Positions 1-9,514 of a stretch of DNA of 27,005 nucleotides are shown piece by piece. The DNA is taken from contig SCTV01000075.1 in assembly GCA_004298345.1 (NCBI GenBank), positions 1 through 27,005 of the forward strand, in the 5' to 3' direction. The DNA is from Patescibacteria group bacterium (lineage in GTDB: Bacteria; Patescibacteriota; Minisyncoccia; Phycocordibacterales; PALSA-1337). A program made the translations under genes and the position numbers. The notes under the pieces are model-generated. The model searched no databases. It was given only the letters and a program-made list of their open reading frames with translations, and was not told the origin of the DNA. Within the stretch, counting starts at the first letter, position 1. Every line of letters starts with the position of its first letter.

Positions 1-2
1 GG

Positions 3-500
3 GTAGATGTTTTTACCAAGATTACTAGTTTATTCGGTCCAGTTAATCTAATTGTGGCGGGCCTCGCCATCGCCTGTTTTTTGATGTGGAAAAAGAGGAT
101 TCATCAGGCACTCGTATTTTCTTTTGCATTACTTGGAGGAGCATTATTTCAAAGCGCACTCAAAGAGCTGGTTGAACGTGTCCGACCAGAGAACGCTACC
201 ATACTTGAAAAAGGATTCAGCTTTCCGAGTGGTCATGCGACGATGGCGGTGATATTTTTCTGTTCCCTCATCTATGTATTTGGAGGAATGATACGAAATA
301 AGATTTCTCGAGAGATTTTTGGTGTGGTGTGCCTGTTACTTTTTGTGGTGGTCGGATTTAGTCGAGTTTACCTCAATGTACACTGGGTTTCCGATGTGAT
401 TGCTGGTTTTGCGCTCGGAGCTTTTTGGTTGACCTTACTCATTTTGTTCTTCAAGTTTGCTTCGACCGCTTTGCAAGGTCAGGATGACCAGTCTGTATAA
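3..500 (+). CDS. PAP2-family phosphatase (undecaprenyl-pyrophosphate/lipid phosphatase-like), 5'-truncated by window edge
   Basis: The frame is open from base 3 (VDVFTKITSLFGPVNLIV...) to TAA at 500. It has PAP2 motifs KELVERVRP, SFPSGHA and SRVYLNVHWVSDV, plus several TM segments. Confidence 0.9.
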   Translation, partial: VDVFTKITSLFGPVNLIVAGLAIACFLMWKKRIHQALVFSFALLGGALFQSALKELVERVRPENATILEKGFSFPSGHATMAVIFFCSLIYVFGGMIRNKISREIFGVVCLLLFVVVGFSRVYLNVHWVSDVIAGFALGAFWLTLLILFFKFASTALQGQDDQSV

Positions 501-514
501 GGGGGGGGTAGAAT

Positions 515-536
515 CATCTACGCTATAGCGTAGATG
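515..536. repeat. Perfect 22-bp palindrome (TACG-N6-CGTA core)
   Basis: CATCTACGCTATAGCGTAGATG is its own reverse complement. Confidence 0.9.
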
Positions 537-564
537 GGGGCCTGAAGTGAATTTTGAGTAGGGA

Positions 565-596
565 TTCCCCCGAAAATCTACTGATTTTCGGGGGAA
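565..596. repeat. 14-bp inverted repeat with TACT loop (REP-like or terminator hairpin)
   Basis: TTCCCCCGAAAATC-TACT-GATTTTCGGGGGAA lies between convergent genes. Confidence 0.85.
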
Positions 597-664
597 CTAA
601 AATTGAAATATCTCCGAAAATCCACTTTTCCATGTTTTTACAATATGCCTCTATTGAGCCATAT

Positions 665-742
665 TAAACGGCTCGAGGAGTGGAGACGACGAAGATAACA
701 GGTCTAGCAAGACGTGTTACAAACGAGATGCTGAGCCATTTA
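665..742. repeat. Long variant of the GGCTC/GAGCC palindromic repeat family
   Basis: Arms TAAACGGCTC (665-674) and GAGCCATTTA (733-742) enclose 58 nt with an internal hairpin (TAACAGGTCT-AGCA-AGACGTGTTA, imperfect). Confidence 0.6.
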
Positions 743-754
743 AACCTAGTACCT

Positions 755-1765
755 TTATTGATTCAAAGGTACACCCCATCTTGTAAAGATCGCCTGTGCT
801 GATAGTATTCTGCCGAGAGTTTCTATTTCTCCTTTACGCACAAAAGTTGGAATACCTAAAATACAATTTTTCTCTATCGATAATGCAATGCCACCAGAGT
901 TTCCATGTTCGATTTTGGCTGAAGTAATATAGTAGTCACTATCATATCCAGAAATAATACCCTCAGTCGCCGTGATGTCTCCCACGGTGCCGATGACCGG
1001 ATAGCCGAGGATGGCCACTTTTTCACCGAGGGATGGTGTGTAAGAGCAGAATGATTCCGTAAAGACTTTTTTGATTGCGGTGATAGATTTTACATACGCA
1101 TCGGGATTGACTATCTCTATTAGTCCCACATCGAGCGGGTCGATAGTGCGATAGCTTCCCGAGCTAAAGAAAACTTCGAAGATCGTCTCGTCTCCAGGTA
1201 GTTTGATGCTACAACTATACGGGGTGTACCTGCCGTCATCAAGAAAGACGTGTTTGTTGGTCAATACCCATATGTGTTCAACTTTATCGATGTTTTCTCT
1301 GAAAATAAAACCAGAACCTCCACCGGTGGCGTAAATTCTGCCGGATGTATTTTTCCAAATGCAGTTGATTTTGGCTACCCGAGGTTTCCATTCTTGGATA
1401 ACTGAGATGAGACTTTTGGGAACATTAGCAAGCGAAGTTTCGATGGCCAGTATTTTTTGATTGGCATCTATTCCACTCAATTTACTTTCTTCCTCAGCTT
1501 TTTTAAGTTTCTCGGTTAGAAGCTGGTTATTTTTTGAAAAAGTGTTTTCGACTTCGGTTACCTTTTTGTTTTGAGCGATTACTCCAGATTTGAGTGCAGT
1601 GATATCCTGTGCATACTGATTGAGTATTTTCTGTTGTGCGATGAGAGTGTTCTGTATTTCTTGCTCTCCTGCAATACGTTTTTGTTCAACATGAATACCG
1701 ATACCAACAATAATGGCAAAAAGAGCAATCGGAAGCATTTTTTGTTGAAAATCTTTTTTATGCAT
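755..1765 (-). CDS. Membrane-anchored trypsin-like (S1) serine protease with coiled-coil stalk
   Basis: N-terminal TM (MLPIALFAIIVGIGI), then a Q/K/E-rich coiled coil. Catalytic triad contexts: VLTNKHV (His), DVGLIEI (Asp), HGNSGG (Ser). Confidence 0.85.
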   Translation of the reverse strand: MHKKDFQQKMLPIALFAIIVGIGIHVEQKRIAGEQEIQNTLIAQQKILNQYAQDITALKSGVIAQNKKVTEVENTFSKNNQLLTEKLKKAEEESKLSGIDANQKILAIETSLANVPKSLISVIQEWKPRVAKINCIWKNTSGRIYATGGGSGFIFRENIDKVEHIWVLTNKHVFLDDGRYTPYSCSIKLPGDETIFEVFFSSGSYRTIDPLDVGLIEIVNPDAYVKSITAIKKVFTESFCSYTPSLGEKVAILGYPVIGTVGDITATEGIISGYDSDYYITSAKIEHGNSGGIALSIEKNCILGIPTFVRKGEIETLGRILSAQAIFTRWGVPLNQ

Positions 1766-1771
1766 ACATAG

Positions 1772-3292
1772 TTAGCTTGTGAGTAAGCTTTTTCCGGTCA
1801 TAGATAATGGCTTGGGGATAGACATCAGTCTCAAAATGGTCGGCGCAATGTCGGCAAGTGTTCCCCGTGAGAGTGAGTGTACAGAATCGGTCAAAATTGC
1901 AGGAACAGGATTGATGGTATGAGAAGTGTGTTTGTCTCCAGTCACCGGATCTACATTTACTTCGGCATTTCCATGATCGGCGGTGACAAAAGCGATACCA
2001 TTTTTTTCTGATAGAGCTTTTAGTACTCGGCCGAGCTGGGCATCTACTTCTTCGATGGCCTCAATGATAGCCGGCACATTGGCAGTATGTCCCACCATGT
2101 CAGGATTGGCAAAATTGATAAACATAAAGTCAACTCCTTTTTCTATTTGCTCGATAGCTTTGTCGGCTATTGCTTCGGCGCGCATTTTTGGTGCGAGGTC
2201 GTGCGTCTTTATGTCTTTTCGGCTTGCGAGCATAATGTGCTCCTCACCTGGATATGGTTCTTGCTTTCCGCCATTTAGAAAATAGGTGGCGTGCGGGAAT
2301 TTTTCTGTCTCGGCGATGTGGGCTTGGGTCTTACCTATATTTGAAATTTCTTTTGCGAGAGTGGTTTCGATTTCGATGACAGGGAAGGCGACTTCGGCGG
2401 ATAGAGATTTTTCATATTCGGTCATGGTGACAAAGCAGAGATTTTCCGCCTCTCTTTTTTCGGCAATTTTCTTTGAAAGCATTCTTGCACGGTCAGCTCG
2501 GAAATTGAAAAAGAAAATGCCGTCGTTTTTTTCTACTTTGTATGATTTGCCGGTTTCATCGAGAAACATGATTGGCTCGAGGTGTTCGTCTAGTATACCC
2601 TTGCTGTGGAGATCAGCTACAATTTCTGAAGGTTTTTTGGTTTGGTGTGAGTTGCCACGGCCCTGGAAAAAGACACTCTCGGCCTTTTCGAGTCGATCCC
2701 AATTGTTGTCTCGGTCCATGGCATAAAATCTACCTGAAGCGGTAGCGATAAAGCCGATACCGAGATCCTCAATACACTTTTCTAGTTTCTCTAAATACCC
2801 CTTCGCGCTTTGTGGGGGAGTATCTCTACCATCGGTAAAGACGTGAATAGCAATTTTTTCTACTCCAGCTTCCTTGGCTGTTTTTAAAAAGGTGTGGAGG
2901 TGATCGTGGTGGCTGTGCACTCCACCATCGGAGAGCAAACCTTTGATATGTAGTGTGGAATTATATTTTTTAACATGCGCAAATAGTTTTTTGAATGCAG
3001 GATTGTTTTTAAGCTCATCATTTTCAATAGCTTTGGCAATACGCACAAGATCGGTATCGATGACTTTGCCTGCGCCGATAGTCGTATGTCCAATTTCGCT
3101 GTTTCCCATTTGGCCATCGGGGAGGCCGACGTGTAGCCCTGAGGCTTCGAGGAGTGTGTGCGGATATTTTCGCCACAAAGCATCAAACACAGGTGTCTTG
3201 GCCTGTGCGATAGCGTTGTGTGTCGGGTCTTCACGATAACCCCAGCCGTCGAGTACGATGAGTACGGTAGTTTTTTTCTCTGCGGTTTTCAT
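1772..3292 (-). CDS. gpmI: 2,3-bisphosphoglycerate-independent phosphoglycerate mutase
   Basis: Motifs LIVLDGWG, LPDGQMGNSEIGH, GGVHSH, DGRDTPP, GRFYAMDRD, NFRADRAR, NFANPDMVGH and TADHGNAE; 506 aa. Confidence 0.97.
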   Translation of the reverse strand: MKTAEKKTTVLIVLDGWGYREDPTHNAIAQAKTPVFDALWRKYPHTLLEASGLHVGLPDGQMGNSEIGHTTIGAGKVIDTDLVRIAKAIENDELKNNPAFKKLFAHVKKYNSTLHIKGLLSDGGVHSHHDHLHTFLKTAKEAGVEKIAIHVFTDGRDTPPQSAKGYLEKLEKCIEDLGIGFIATASGRFYAMDRDNNWDRLEKAESVFFQGRGNSHQTKKPSEIVADLHSKGILDEHLEPIMFLDETGKSYKVEKNDGIFFFNFRADRARMLSKKIAEKREAENLCFVTMTEYEKSLSAEVAFPVIEIETTLAKEISNIGKTQAHIAETEKFPHATYFLNGGKQEPYPGEEHIMLASRKDIKTHDLAPKMRAEAIADKAIEQIEKGVDFMFINFANPDMVGHTANVPAIIEAIEEVDAQLGRVLKALSEKNGIAFVTADHGNAEVNVDPVTGDKHTSHTINPVPAILTDSVHSLSRGTLADIAPTILRLMSIPKPLSMTGKSLLTS

Positions 3293-3298
3293 GGGAGA

Positions 3299-4294
3299 TT
3301 AGATAACTTTTGGTTTGTAATCGGCTGGTGCTTCCGCGAGGTATTTCTCGAGCGTTGGTCGATCAAGAAGCCCTTTTTGAGCACCGACATATTGGACGAC
3401 TGACATTGGATTGATCGGTGCCCACATCAGAGCTTCGAGAGGACTTTTGCCGAGTGATAGGGCAGTGACAAAAGTAGACGCAAAGGCATCTCCGCAACCA
3501 GTACGCTCAAAAGGTGGTTTTGGATCGGGATAGATAGGCATAAAGTATTGGTTTGTCCCGTCATCCATGTAGGCACCCTTTGGGCCGTCAGTGAGAAGTA
3601 CCAATTTTGGCCCGAGAGCACGCATTTTTGAAAGCAAGTTTTTAATATTTGGTTCTGTTTCGCCGAGTATGCGTTCTGCCTCTTCGAGATTACATACAAA
3701 GACTTCTGAAAGGGTATAGAGGTCAGCGAGCTTTTCTTTGCCGAGTTTCATTTGGAAAGTGCCTGGCTGGAAGGCGAGTCTGGTTTCGGGGTGAGCTTTG
3801 AGGAAGGCAATAATTTCGAGATGGTAGTCAAAAGAGTTGGAGGCGAGGGAGCTCAGGTAGAGCCATTTCGGTGCTTTTAGATTTGGCAAACGATAGGGAT
3901 ACTCTTTGTGATTGACGAGAATAGTGCGCTCATTGTCGTACCAGAGGACATAGTGATAGTTGGTTTCCATATTTCGATGCGTCGAAACGTATTTGGAAGA
4001 AACTTTATTGCGAGCGAGCTCGGAGAGGCAGTCTCGGCCGTTTTGGTCGTTGCCGATGTCGCTTATGAGAGCTCCACGGAGACCCAAACGAGAAGCTGAG
4101 ACGGAGGCATTGGCGCTGTTGCCCACAGCACGTACTTCCGTCGCGGACTCAAACGGCACTTTATCGGCAAATTTCATGCAAATTTCGCATTTGGTGTTGT
4201 CGATAGAGCAAGTCACATGCGCGTCTTTTATTTTTATAAACACATCGGTCGTAATATCTCCTATCGCCACAAAATCAAAAGGTTTGTTGAACAT
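3299..4294 (-). CDS. PfkB-family carbohydrate kinase
   Basis: Motifs AIGDITTD, GNSANASVSASRLG, LTDGPKG and ERTGCGDAFAS. Start moved to ATG 4294 (MFNKPFDF) because the track's longer start overlaps the promoter. Confidence 0.9.
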   Translation of the reverse strand: MFNKPFDFVAIGDITTDVFIKIKDAHVTCSIDNTKCEICMKFADKVPFESATEVRAVGNSANASVSASRLGLRGALISDIGNDQNGRDCLSELARNKVSSKYVSTHRNMETNYHYVLWYDNERTILVNHKEYPYRLPNLKAPKWLYLSSLASNSFDYHLEIIAFLKAHPETRLAFQPGTFQMKLGKEKLADLYTLSEVFVCNLEEAERILGETEPNIKNLLSKMRALGPKLVLLTDGPKGAYMDDGTNQYFMPIYPDPKPPFERTGCGDAFASTFVTALSLGKSPLEALMWAPINPMSVVQYVGAQKGLLDRPTLEKYLAEAPADYKPKVI

Positions 4295-4317
4295 ATAATG
4301 TGTTAAATATGTGGGTA

Positions 4318-4326
4318 AGTATAGCA
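4318..4326 (-). promoter_or_regulatory. Extended -10 (TGcTATACT) for the PfkB kinase
   Basis: The + strand AGTATAGCA reads TGCTATACT on the minus strand, about 24 nt upstream of ATG 4294. Confidence 0.55.
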
Positions 4327-4426
4327 TAGTGGTAGATTTCAATAAAACAAAGACAAGCTTCTCGATTACCCTCGGATACAGTATACTTATTTACATATCA
4401 ACTGTAACAGCGCGTAAGCTATATTT

Positions 4427-6310
4427 ATGGAATACATACTATTTCTTGTGGTAATCGGTATTGTGGGGTATCTCGTGTTTAGAAGTCCAAAGCATGGTGG
4501 CACTGGAGATGCGAGTCTTGTGGTAAATCGCCTCGCTTCACTTCTCATTCAAAAAGGTATCATCACGAAAGACGAGCTCTACGGAACAGGTAGTGCGCCG
4601 ACACCAAGTGCATCTTCAACAACCCCCGCACCGGCACCGACCGCAAGCGACATGTCCCAGCCGGCCGCAGCACCTACTTCTCCAGTCACCGCATCCGCAG
4701 CACCCGCACCTTCAGGAAAAGGTGCCGCCACTGCCACTGAATTTGCCTTCAATACCAAGTGGCTCATGGTCGCCGGTATCATCGCCATCCTTTTTGGTGT
4801 CGGCTTCTTTATTAAATTTTCTTTTGACAACAATCTCATCGGTGAGACGGGTCGTGTCATCCTCGGGCTCATTATAGGCCTTGGCTTCATTGGTACGGGG
4901 GAGTGGTTTTATAGAAAATATCCGAAGTATGCTTTCTTTCTCACTGGAGGCGGTATCGCGATCCTTTATCTCTCGCTCTATAGTGCCTTTGGCCTCTATC
5001 ATATGGTAGAACAGCTCACGGCTTTTCTCGGCATGATCCTCGTAACGCTTTTCTCGGTCGTGCTTTCAGTACGATACAACTCTGTCGCTATCGCCGGCAT
5101 CGCGCTTCTTGGTGGATTCCTCACCCCGATTCTCGTTTCGAGCAGTACGGTCAATGACATCGGTTTGCTTACTTACATCACACTTCTCGACCTCGGACTT
5201 TTTGCTCTAGCCTATTTCAGAAACTGGAAATCGCTCGTGTGGGGCTGTGCACTCGGTACGCTCCTTCTCGTGGGTTCATGGTTCTTTGGCCACTACGATT
5301 CGAGCAAGCTGTTCATGACTGAGTTTTATTTTACACTCTACTGGGCAATCTTTACTGGTTCGACACTTGTCTTTTATTATTTCAACGACCGCAAGCCGTC
5401 AAACAAGGATTTTGCACTGATGCTCGTAACCGGCCTTCTCTATATGTCAGTGAGCTACGGTATTTTGAATGCTGACTATTCCGCCTACATGGGTCTTTTG
5501 CCACTTTTCCTCACCGCGGTCTACACCGTCATTGCTCTTTTTGGTTCGTATGTAAAAGAAGGCACAAAAGCGTTGGTGTATTTACCGGCAGGTATGGCGG
5601 TACTCTTTTTGACGCTGGTGTTTCCGATACAGTTTCAGGGCTACTGGATCACTATTTCATGGTTTGTCGAAGCAGGCATCATCGCCTGGGTAGGGCATTT
5701 GCTCCGCTCGAGAATGGTGTCGTATTCGATTCCTATTTTTGCTCTCGGCCTATTTCGACTCTTTGCGTTTGATACGTATTTGTCGCAGGAAAATTTCTTC
5801 CTCATCTTCAACGAGCGTTTTGTGGTGTTTGCTGTGGCGGTGGTGCTTGCACTATTTGTCGCGTATATCTTTCACACCTTTTATCGTGATACTAAAATCC
5901 GTGAAGACTTGCACAAAGCGGCGGCGTTTATGGCGATTGCCAATATCCTCATCCTCTGTGCGGGTGTGTTTGAAATCGTCGACTGGTTCCGCTTTGTCTC
6001 ATCGACCGATAGTGTTGCTCAGTCGACCAGTCTCGCAATATCGGTCTTCTTTATTATTTACGCACTCATTGCGATAGTGCTCGGCATTGTTTCTAAAACA
6101 TCTGTGTTGCGTATCTGTGCGACGGTCGTGTTTGGCATCACTGTGCTCAAAACATTTCTCTACGATATCTGGCTTCTCGAGGCGGTCTACCGAATCATTG
6201 CATTTATGGCTCTCGGTATTGCGTTGGTTGTTGTCGGGTATCTATACTTCCGCTTCTCGGCACGTATCAAAGGGTTTCTCACTGCGTCAGATAGTACGCC
6301 GGTCGTGTAA
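4427..6310 (+). CDS. DUF2339-like polytopic membrane protein
   Basis: N-terminal TM, then a Pro/Ala/Ser/Thr-rich linker, then WLMVAGIIAILFGVGFFIKFSFDNNLIGETGRV and YLSLYSAF. It ends with VYRIIAFMALGIALVVVGYLY, and has about 18 TM segments. Confidence 0.85.
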   Translation: MEYILFLVVIGIVGYLVFRSPKHGGTGDASLVVNRLASLLIQKGIITKDELYGTGSAPTPSASSTTPAPAPTASDMSQPAAAPTSPVTASAAPAPSGKGAATATEFAFNTKWLMVAGIIAILFGVGFFIKFSFDNNLIGETGRVILGLIIGLGFIGTGEWFYRKYPKYAFFLTGGGIAILYLSLYSAFGLYHMVEQLTAFLGMILVTLFSVVLSVRYNSVAIAGIALLGGFLTPILVSSSTVNDIGLLTYITLLDLGLFALAYFRNWKSLVWGCALGTLLLVGSWFFGHYDSSKLFMTEFYFTLYWAIFTGSTLVFYYFNDRKPSNKDFALMLVTGLLYMSVSYGILNADYSAYMGLLPLFLTAVYTVIALFGSYVKEGTKALVYLPAGMAVLFLTLVFPIQFQGYWITISWFVEAGIIAWVGHLLRSRMVSYSIPIFALGLFRLFAFDTYLSQENFFLIFNERFVVFAVAVVLALFVAYIFHTFYRDTKIREDLHKAAAFMAIANILILCAGVFEIVDWFRFVSSTDSVAQSTSLAISVFFIIYALIAIVLGIVSKTSVLRICATVVFGITVLKTFLYDIWLLEAVYRIIAFMALGIALVVVGYLYFRFSARIKGFLTASDSTPVV

Positions 6311-6335
6311 TAGCCTGTCTAACATATTCTACTTT

Positions 6336-7625
6336 ATGAACACATATTTTTCAGTTTCTAATATAGTTAAAATAGCTGGTGTTGTTGTCTTCACCCTACT
6401 TGGTATCGTCTCGACTGCGTCTGCCGATTTTTCTCAAAAAGAATGGCGAGTTTACAAAGAGATCCGCTTGCCGAGCGACATAGATTCGACCACGCTCCTT
6501 CGAGTACCTCTCGATCAAGAAGTCTTTGCCACTTCGACTTCCAACCTCCGTGATCTTCGTGTGGTCGGTGTTGATAACAAAGAAGTGCCATATCTTTTGA
6601 TCACCAATCGAGATGACATTCAGTCCTCAGTGCTCTCTCCAAAGATTTTAAATAAAGGCAGTGTGGCAGGGCAGTCGACGAGCTTTGTCGCAGATTTTGG
6701 CGGAGCGACGTTCCACAATCAGATTACTTTGAATATCGATAATGAGCTGAAAAATTATCGTAAGAAAGTCCAGATCTACGGCAGTACTGATATGAGTACG
6801 TGGCAACTCCTCGCTGACAACCAGATCATTTACGACTATAGCCGTGATTTTCCTATTCGCAACACCACGGTCTCGTATCCAGAATCCACCTACCGTTATG
6901 TGTTGGTAAAGATTACTGATACTGAAAGTGCACCCGTTTCAGTGGTAGGCGTCTCGGCTAGCCGAGATGTGTATGCAAAGGGAAACCGCCTTGCGTATAA
7001 GCCAGTTTTTGAGTGGGCAGAGGTTGGAAAAGACACTGAAATAGTGACCGATCTCGGCCAGACGGGTACCCTGACCGACCGAGTAACTATCGCCACTGAC
7101 TCCAAAAATTTTGAACGTTCGGTGACTGTCTATTCGAGTAATGATAAAAGCACTTGGAGCTATCTCGGGGGCGATGTGATCTATCAATATAAGACGAGAG
7201 AATTGTCCGGAGAAAAAACGACTGTGACCTACAGTGAGTCGGTCGCAAGGTATATAAAACTGGTGGTGCACAATCAGGACAGCCAGCCGATACACGTGAC
7301 AGGTGTGAGTGCTTCGGGATACTCTCGGGCGATCGCTTTTCTCGGTGAACCGCAAGCGGCTTACCGACTTTTCTATGGTAATGAAAAAGCCATGATGTCT
7401 TCATATGATCTCGCATCGGTGTATCGCAATTTTAGGGCGGATGAATTTATGATCGGTGCTCTTGGACCAGAACACCGAAATAGCGAGTACGTCCCGCCGG
7501 TGATTCCACTCAGTGAGCGCAAGCCGTGGGTACTCGGTGTGATGCTCGGTATCGTGGCTGTACTTCTCGGACTGGTTATTTTCCGAGTAGTAAAGAAGAC
7601 GGCGGGTCTACCTAATGCACAATAA
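6336..7625 (+). CDS. DUF3999-like exported protein with C-terminal membrane anchor
   Basis: Signal peptide (SASA|DF), then LRDLRVV...EVPY, YIKLVVHNQDSQP, YRLFYGN...SYDL and a C-terminal TM (WVLGVMLGIVAVLLGLVIF). It sits next to the DUF2339 gene. Start taken at ATG 6336, since the track's start overlaps the upstream gene. Confidence 0.7.
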   Translation: MNTYFSVSNIVKIAGVVVFTLLGIVSTASADFSQKEWRVYKEIRLPSDIDSTTLLRVPLDQEVFATSTSNLRDLRVVGVDNKEVPYLLITNRDDIQSSVLSPKILNKGSVAGQSTSFVADFGGATFHNQITLNIDNELKNYRKKVQIYGSTDMSTWQLLADNQIIYDYSRDFPIRNTTVSYPESTYRYVLVKITDTESAPVSVVGVSASRDVYAKGNRLAYKPVFEWAEVGKDTEIVTDLGQTGTLTDRVTIATDSKNFERSVTVYSSNDKSTWSYLGGDVIYQYKTRELSGEKTTVTYSESVARYIKLVVHNQDSQPIHVTGVSASGYSRAIAFLGEPQAAYRLFYGNEKAMMSSYDLASVYRNFRADEFMIGALGPEHRNSEYVPPVIPLSERKPWVLGVMLGIVAVLLGLVIFRVVKKTAGLPNAQ

Positions 7626-7645
7626 AAAATAAACTCAGACATAAA

Positions 7646-8527
7646 ATGAAAACACTCAGACAATATATTCGTGAGGCGCAAGAAAAAAAGACAGCCATCG
7701 GTCATTTTAATATTTCTGACTCAGTCGGGCTGTGGGCGGTGTTCAACGCAGCTCGCAAAATGAATCTCCCAGTAATTATCGGCGTGTCTGAGGGAGAGCG
7801 CGATTTCATTGGTGTGAGACAAGCGGCAGCACTCGTAAAGAGCTTGCGCGAGCAATATGATTTTCCTATTTTTATCAATGCCGATCACACTTACTCATTT
7901 GAGCGAGTCAAAGAAGCGATTGATGCCGGATTTGATATGGTGATTTTTGATGGTACTGAGCTTGCTTTTGATGCTAATGTCCGGGTGACCAAACAGTGTG
8001 TCGACTATGCAAAAAGTAGTAAGCCATTTTGGGGAGAGCGGGTGCTCGTCGAAGCGGAGCTCGGGTATATAGGCAAGTCTTCAAAGGTGCTCGACTCGGT
8101 GCCGGAGGGGATCAATCTGTCTGATGAATATTTGACGACAGCAGAACAGGCAAAGCGTTTTGTGCAAGAGACTAGAGTGGATATGTTGGCTCCCGCGGTG
8201 GGCAATATTCACGGTATGCTCGCCAAGGGCAAGGATCCGGCACTCAATATTTCCCGAGTGGCAGATATTGCGCAGGCGACTGGTGTACCCCTCGTGCTTC
8301 ATGGTGCCTCGGGCAATACAGATGCGGATATTCAGAATGCCATTAAAGCTGGGGTGGCTATTGTGCATGTAAATACCGAGCTTCGAGTGGCATACCGCAC
8401 GACACTCGACTCGACTCTTTTGGCTGATCCAAAACAAGTCGCTCCATACAAGTATCTCGCCCCATCTCGGGACGCTGTGGCCCAAGTGGTGGAAGAAAAG
8501 ATGAAGGCATTTAGTTTTCTGGGTTAA
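7646..8527 (+). CDS. fba: Class II fructose-bisphosphate aldolase
   Basis: Motifs AIGHFNI, NADH (D-H metal site), VEAELG, AVGNIHG, LVLHGASG and VHVNTELR. Confidence 0.93.
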   Translation: MKTLRQYIREAQEKKTAIGHFNISDSVGLWAVFNAARKMNLPVIIGVSEGERDFIGVRQAAALVKSLREQYDFPIFINADHTYSFERVKEAIDAGFDMVIFDGTELAFDANVRVTKQCVDYAKSSKPFWGERVLVEAELGYIGKSSKVLDSVPEGINLSDEYLTTAEQAKRFVQETRVDMLAPAVGNIHGMLAKGKDPALNISRVADIAQATGVPLVLHGASGNTDADIQNAIKAGVAIVHVNTELRVAYRTTLDSTLLADPKQVAPYKYLAPSRDAVAQVVEEKMKAFSFLG

Positions 8528-8600
8528 GGGTGATCCCGCTCAATTTCAGGAAAAAATATCAATTTACCAATTTTTATAAAATGGCTCTACAGAAGCACAC

Positions 8601-8633
8601 TAAACGGGGCTCATTAAGCTAATGAGCCGTTTA
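8601..8633. repeat. GGCTCATTA-N3-TAATGAGCC palindromic repeat, copy 1
   Basis: TAAACGG-GGCTCATTA-AGC-TAATGAGCC-GTTTA; the same core recurs at 12645 and 19645. Confidence 0.85.
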
Positions 8634-8654
8634 ATCTTTGTCTGTTTTGAAATA

Positions 8655-8677
8655 AAAAACCCGCTGTGTGAGCGGGT
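8655..8677 (-). terminator. Intrinsic terminator for the 8718-9032 gene
   Basis: ACCCGCT-GTGTG-AGCGGGT stem, followed on the minus strand by a T-tract (the + strand A-run at 8654-8659). Confidence 0.75.
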
Positions 8678-8717
8678 GAGGTTCGAAACAGGATATGTTC
8701 CTTGCCTATCGGCGAAC

Positions 8718-9032
8718 TCAATGAAAAAGAAACCTCGCGGGTTCTAATTCTTGCCAATGTCTGCTGAGTTCATGAGCACTTCCCGGTGTTTCTGGCGTGA
8801 CGAGGATTGTGGGGAAAAACCCGAGAGTGAGGTGACCCGGTTTTCCGGTATCATCCACATCTCGCATGACTCGCTCAATCCTGACACAGTAGGATGAGGA
8901 TAACCCGGTATTTACGATTCTGAGCGTATTACCCTCTTGAAGTGGAAATCCCTCGGAGTCAGCTTCCAGAAGCATCTGGTAGTATTTTCCAGTTTTTTTG
9001 TCGTGACACTGGAGCACTATTTGTAGTTTCAT
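8718..9032 (-). CDS. Hypothetical protein (104 aa)
   Basis: It fills the intergenic space, has a downstream terminator, and an upstream AGGAG-like spacing (GGGAGAACTACTCACCATG). No family recognised. Confidence 0.6.
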   Translation of the reverse strand: MKLQIVLQCHDKKTGKYYQMLLEADSEGFPLQEGNTLRIVNTGLSSSYCVRIERVMRDVDDTGKPGHLTLGFFPTILVTPETPGSAHELSRHWQELEPARFLFH

Positions 9033-9149
9033 GGTGAGTAGTTCTCCCGAGTTTTTGAAAACAAAATTTGATGAGCGGTTCAGACTCTATTCTCCGCATA
9101 TGAGCGTTTTTGTCAAGCATCCTCGATGGTTTAAATAAAAATCCGACAA

Positions 9150-9440
9150 CTATGTCTTAGTTGCCGGAGCGGTTTCTTTTTTCTTGAATTTGTTTTCGAT
9201 TTCGCCGAGCGCGAGGGCGATTTGCACCAGATCGGCAATGGTTGGGCGAAACCCGAGGAGCTTCTTAAACTTTCGAAGCAGGTTCCATCGGTGTGTGTAG
9301 GCGGTGCTCCAGCTCACCCCGAGCCTTTTTGCGATTTTCTTATCGGTATTGCCACAGGCAAGCAGGAGCCAGACTTCTTTTTGTCGCGGGGTCAGTTTGA
9401 GTTTTTCTGCGTCGACTTCTACAATTTTAAGCTTTTGCAT
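9150..9440 (-). CDS. Stand-alone LuxR/GerE-type helix-turn-helix protein
   Basis: LTPRQKEVWLLLACGNTDKKIAKRLGVSWSTAYTHRWNLLRKF matches the LuxR C-terminal HTH pattern. There is no receiver or ligand-binding domain. Confidence 0.8.
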   Translation of the reverse strand: MQKLKIVEVDAEKLKLTPRQKEVWLLLACGNTDKKIAKRLGVSWSTAYTHRWNLLRKFKKLLGFRPTIADLVQIALALGEIENKFKKKETAPATKT

Positions 9441-9498
9441 TCTTTGCTAACACTACCTTTTAGTTGGTATAAAAGTCAATTTTCATCTTTTGCTAATA

Positions 9499-9507
9499 TG
9501 CTATAAT
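9499..9507 (+). promoter_or_regulatory. Extended -10 (TGcTATAAT), 7 nt before ATG 9515
   Basis: Sequence TGCTATAATCTTGGTTATG. Confidence 0.65.
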
Positions 9508-9514
9508 CTTGGTT

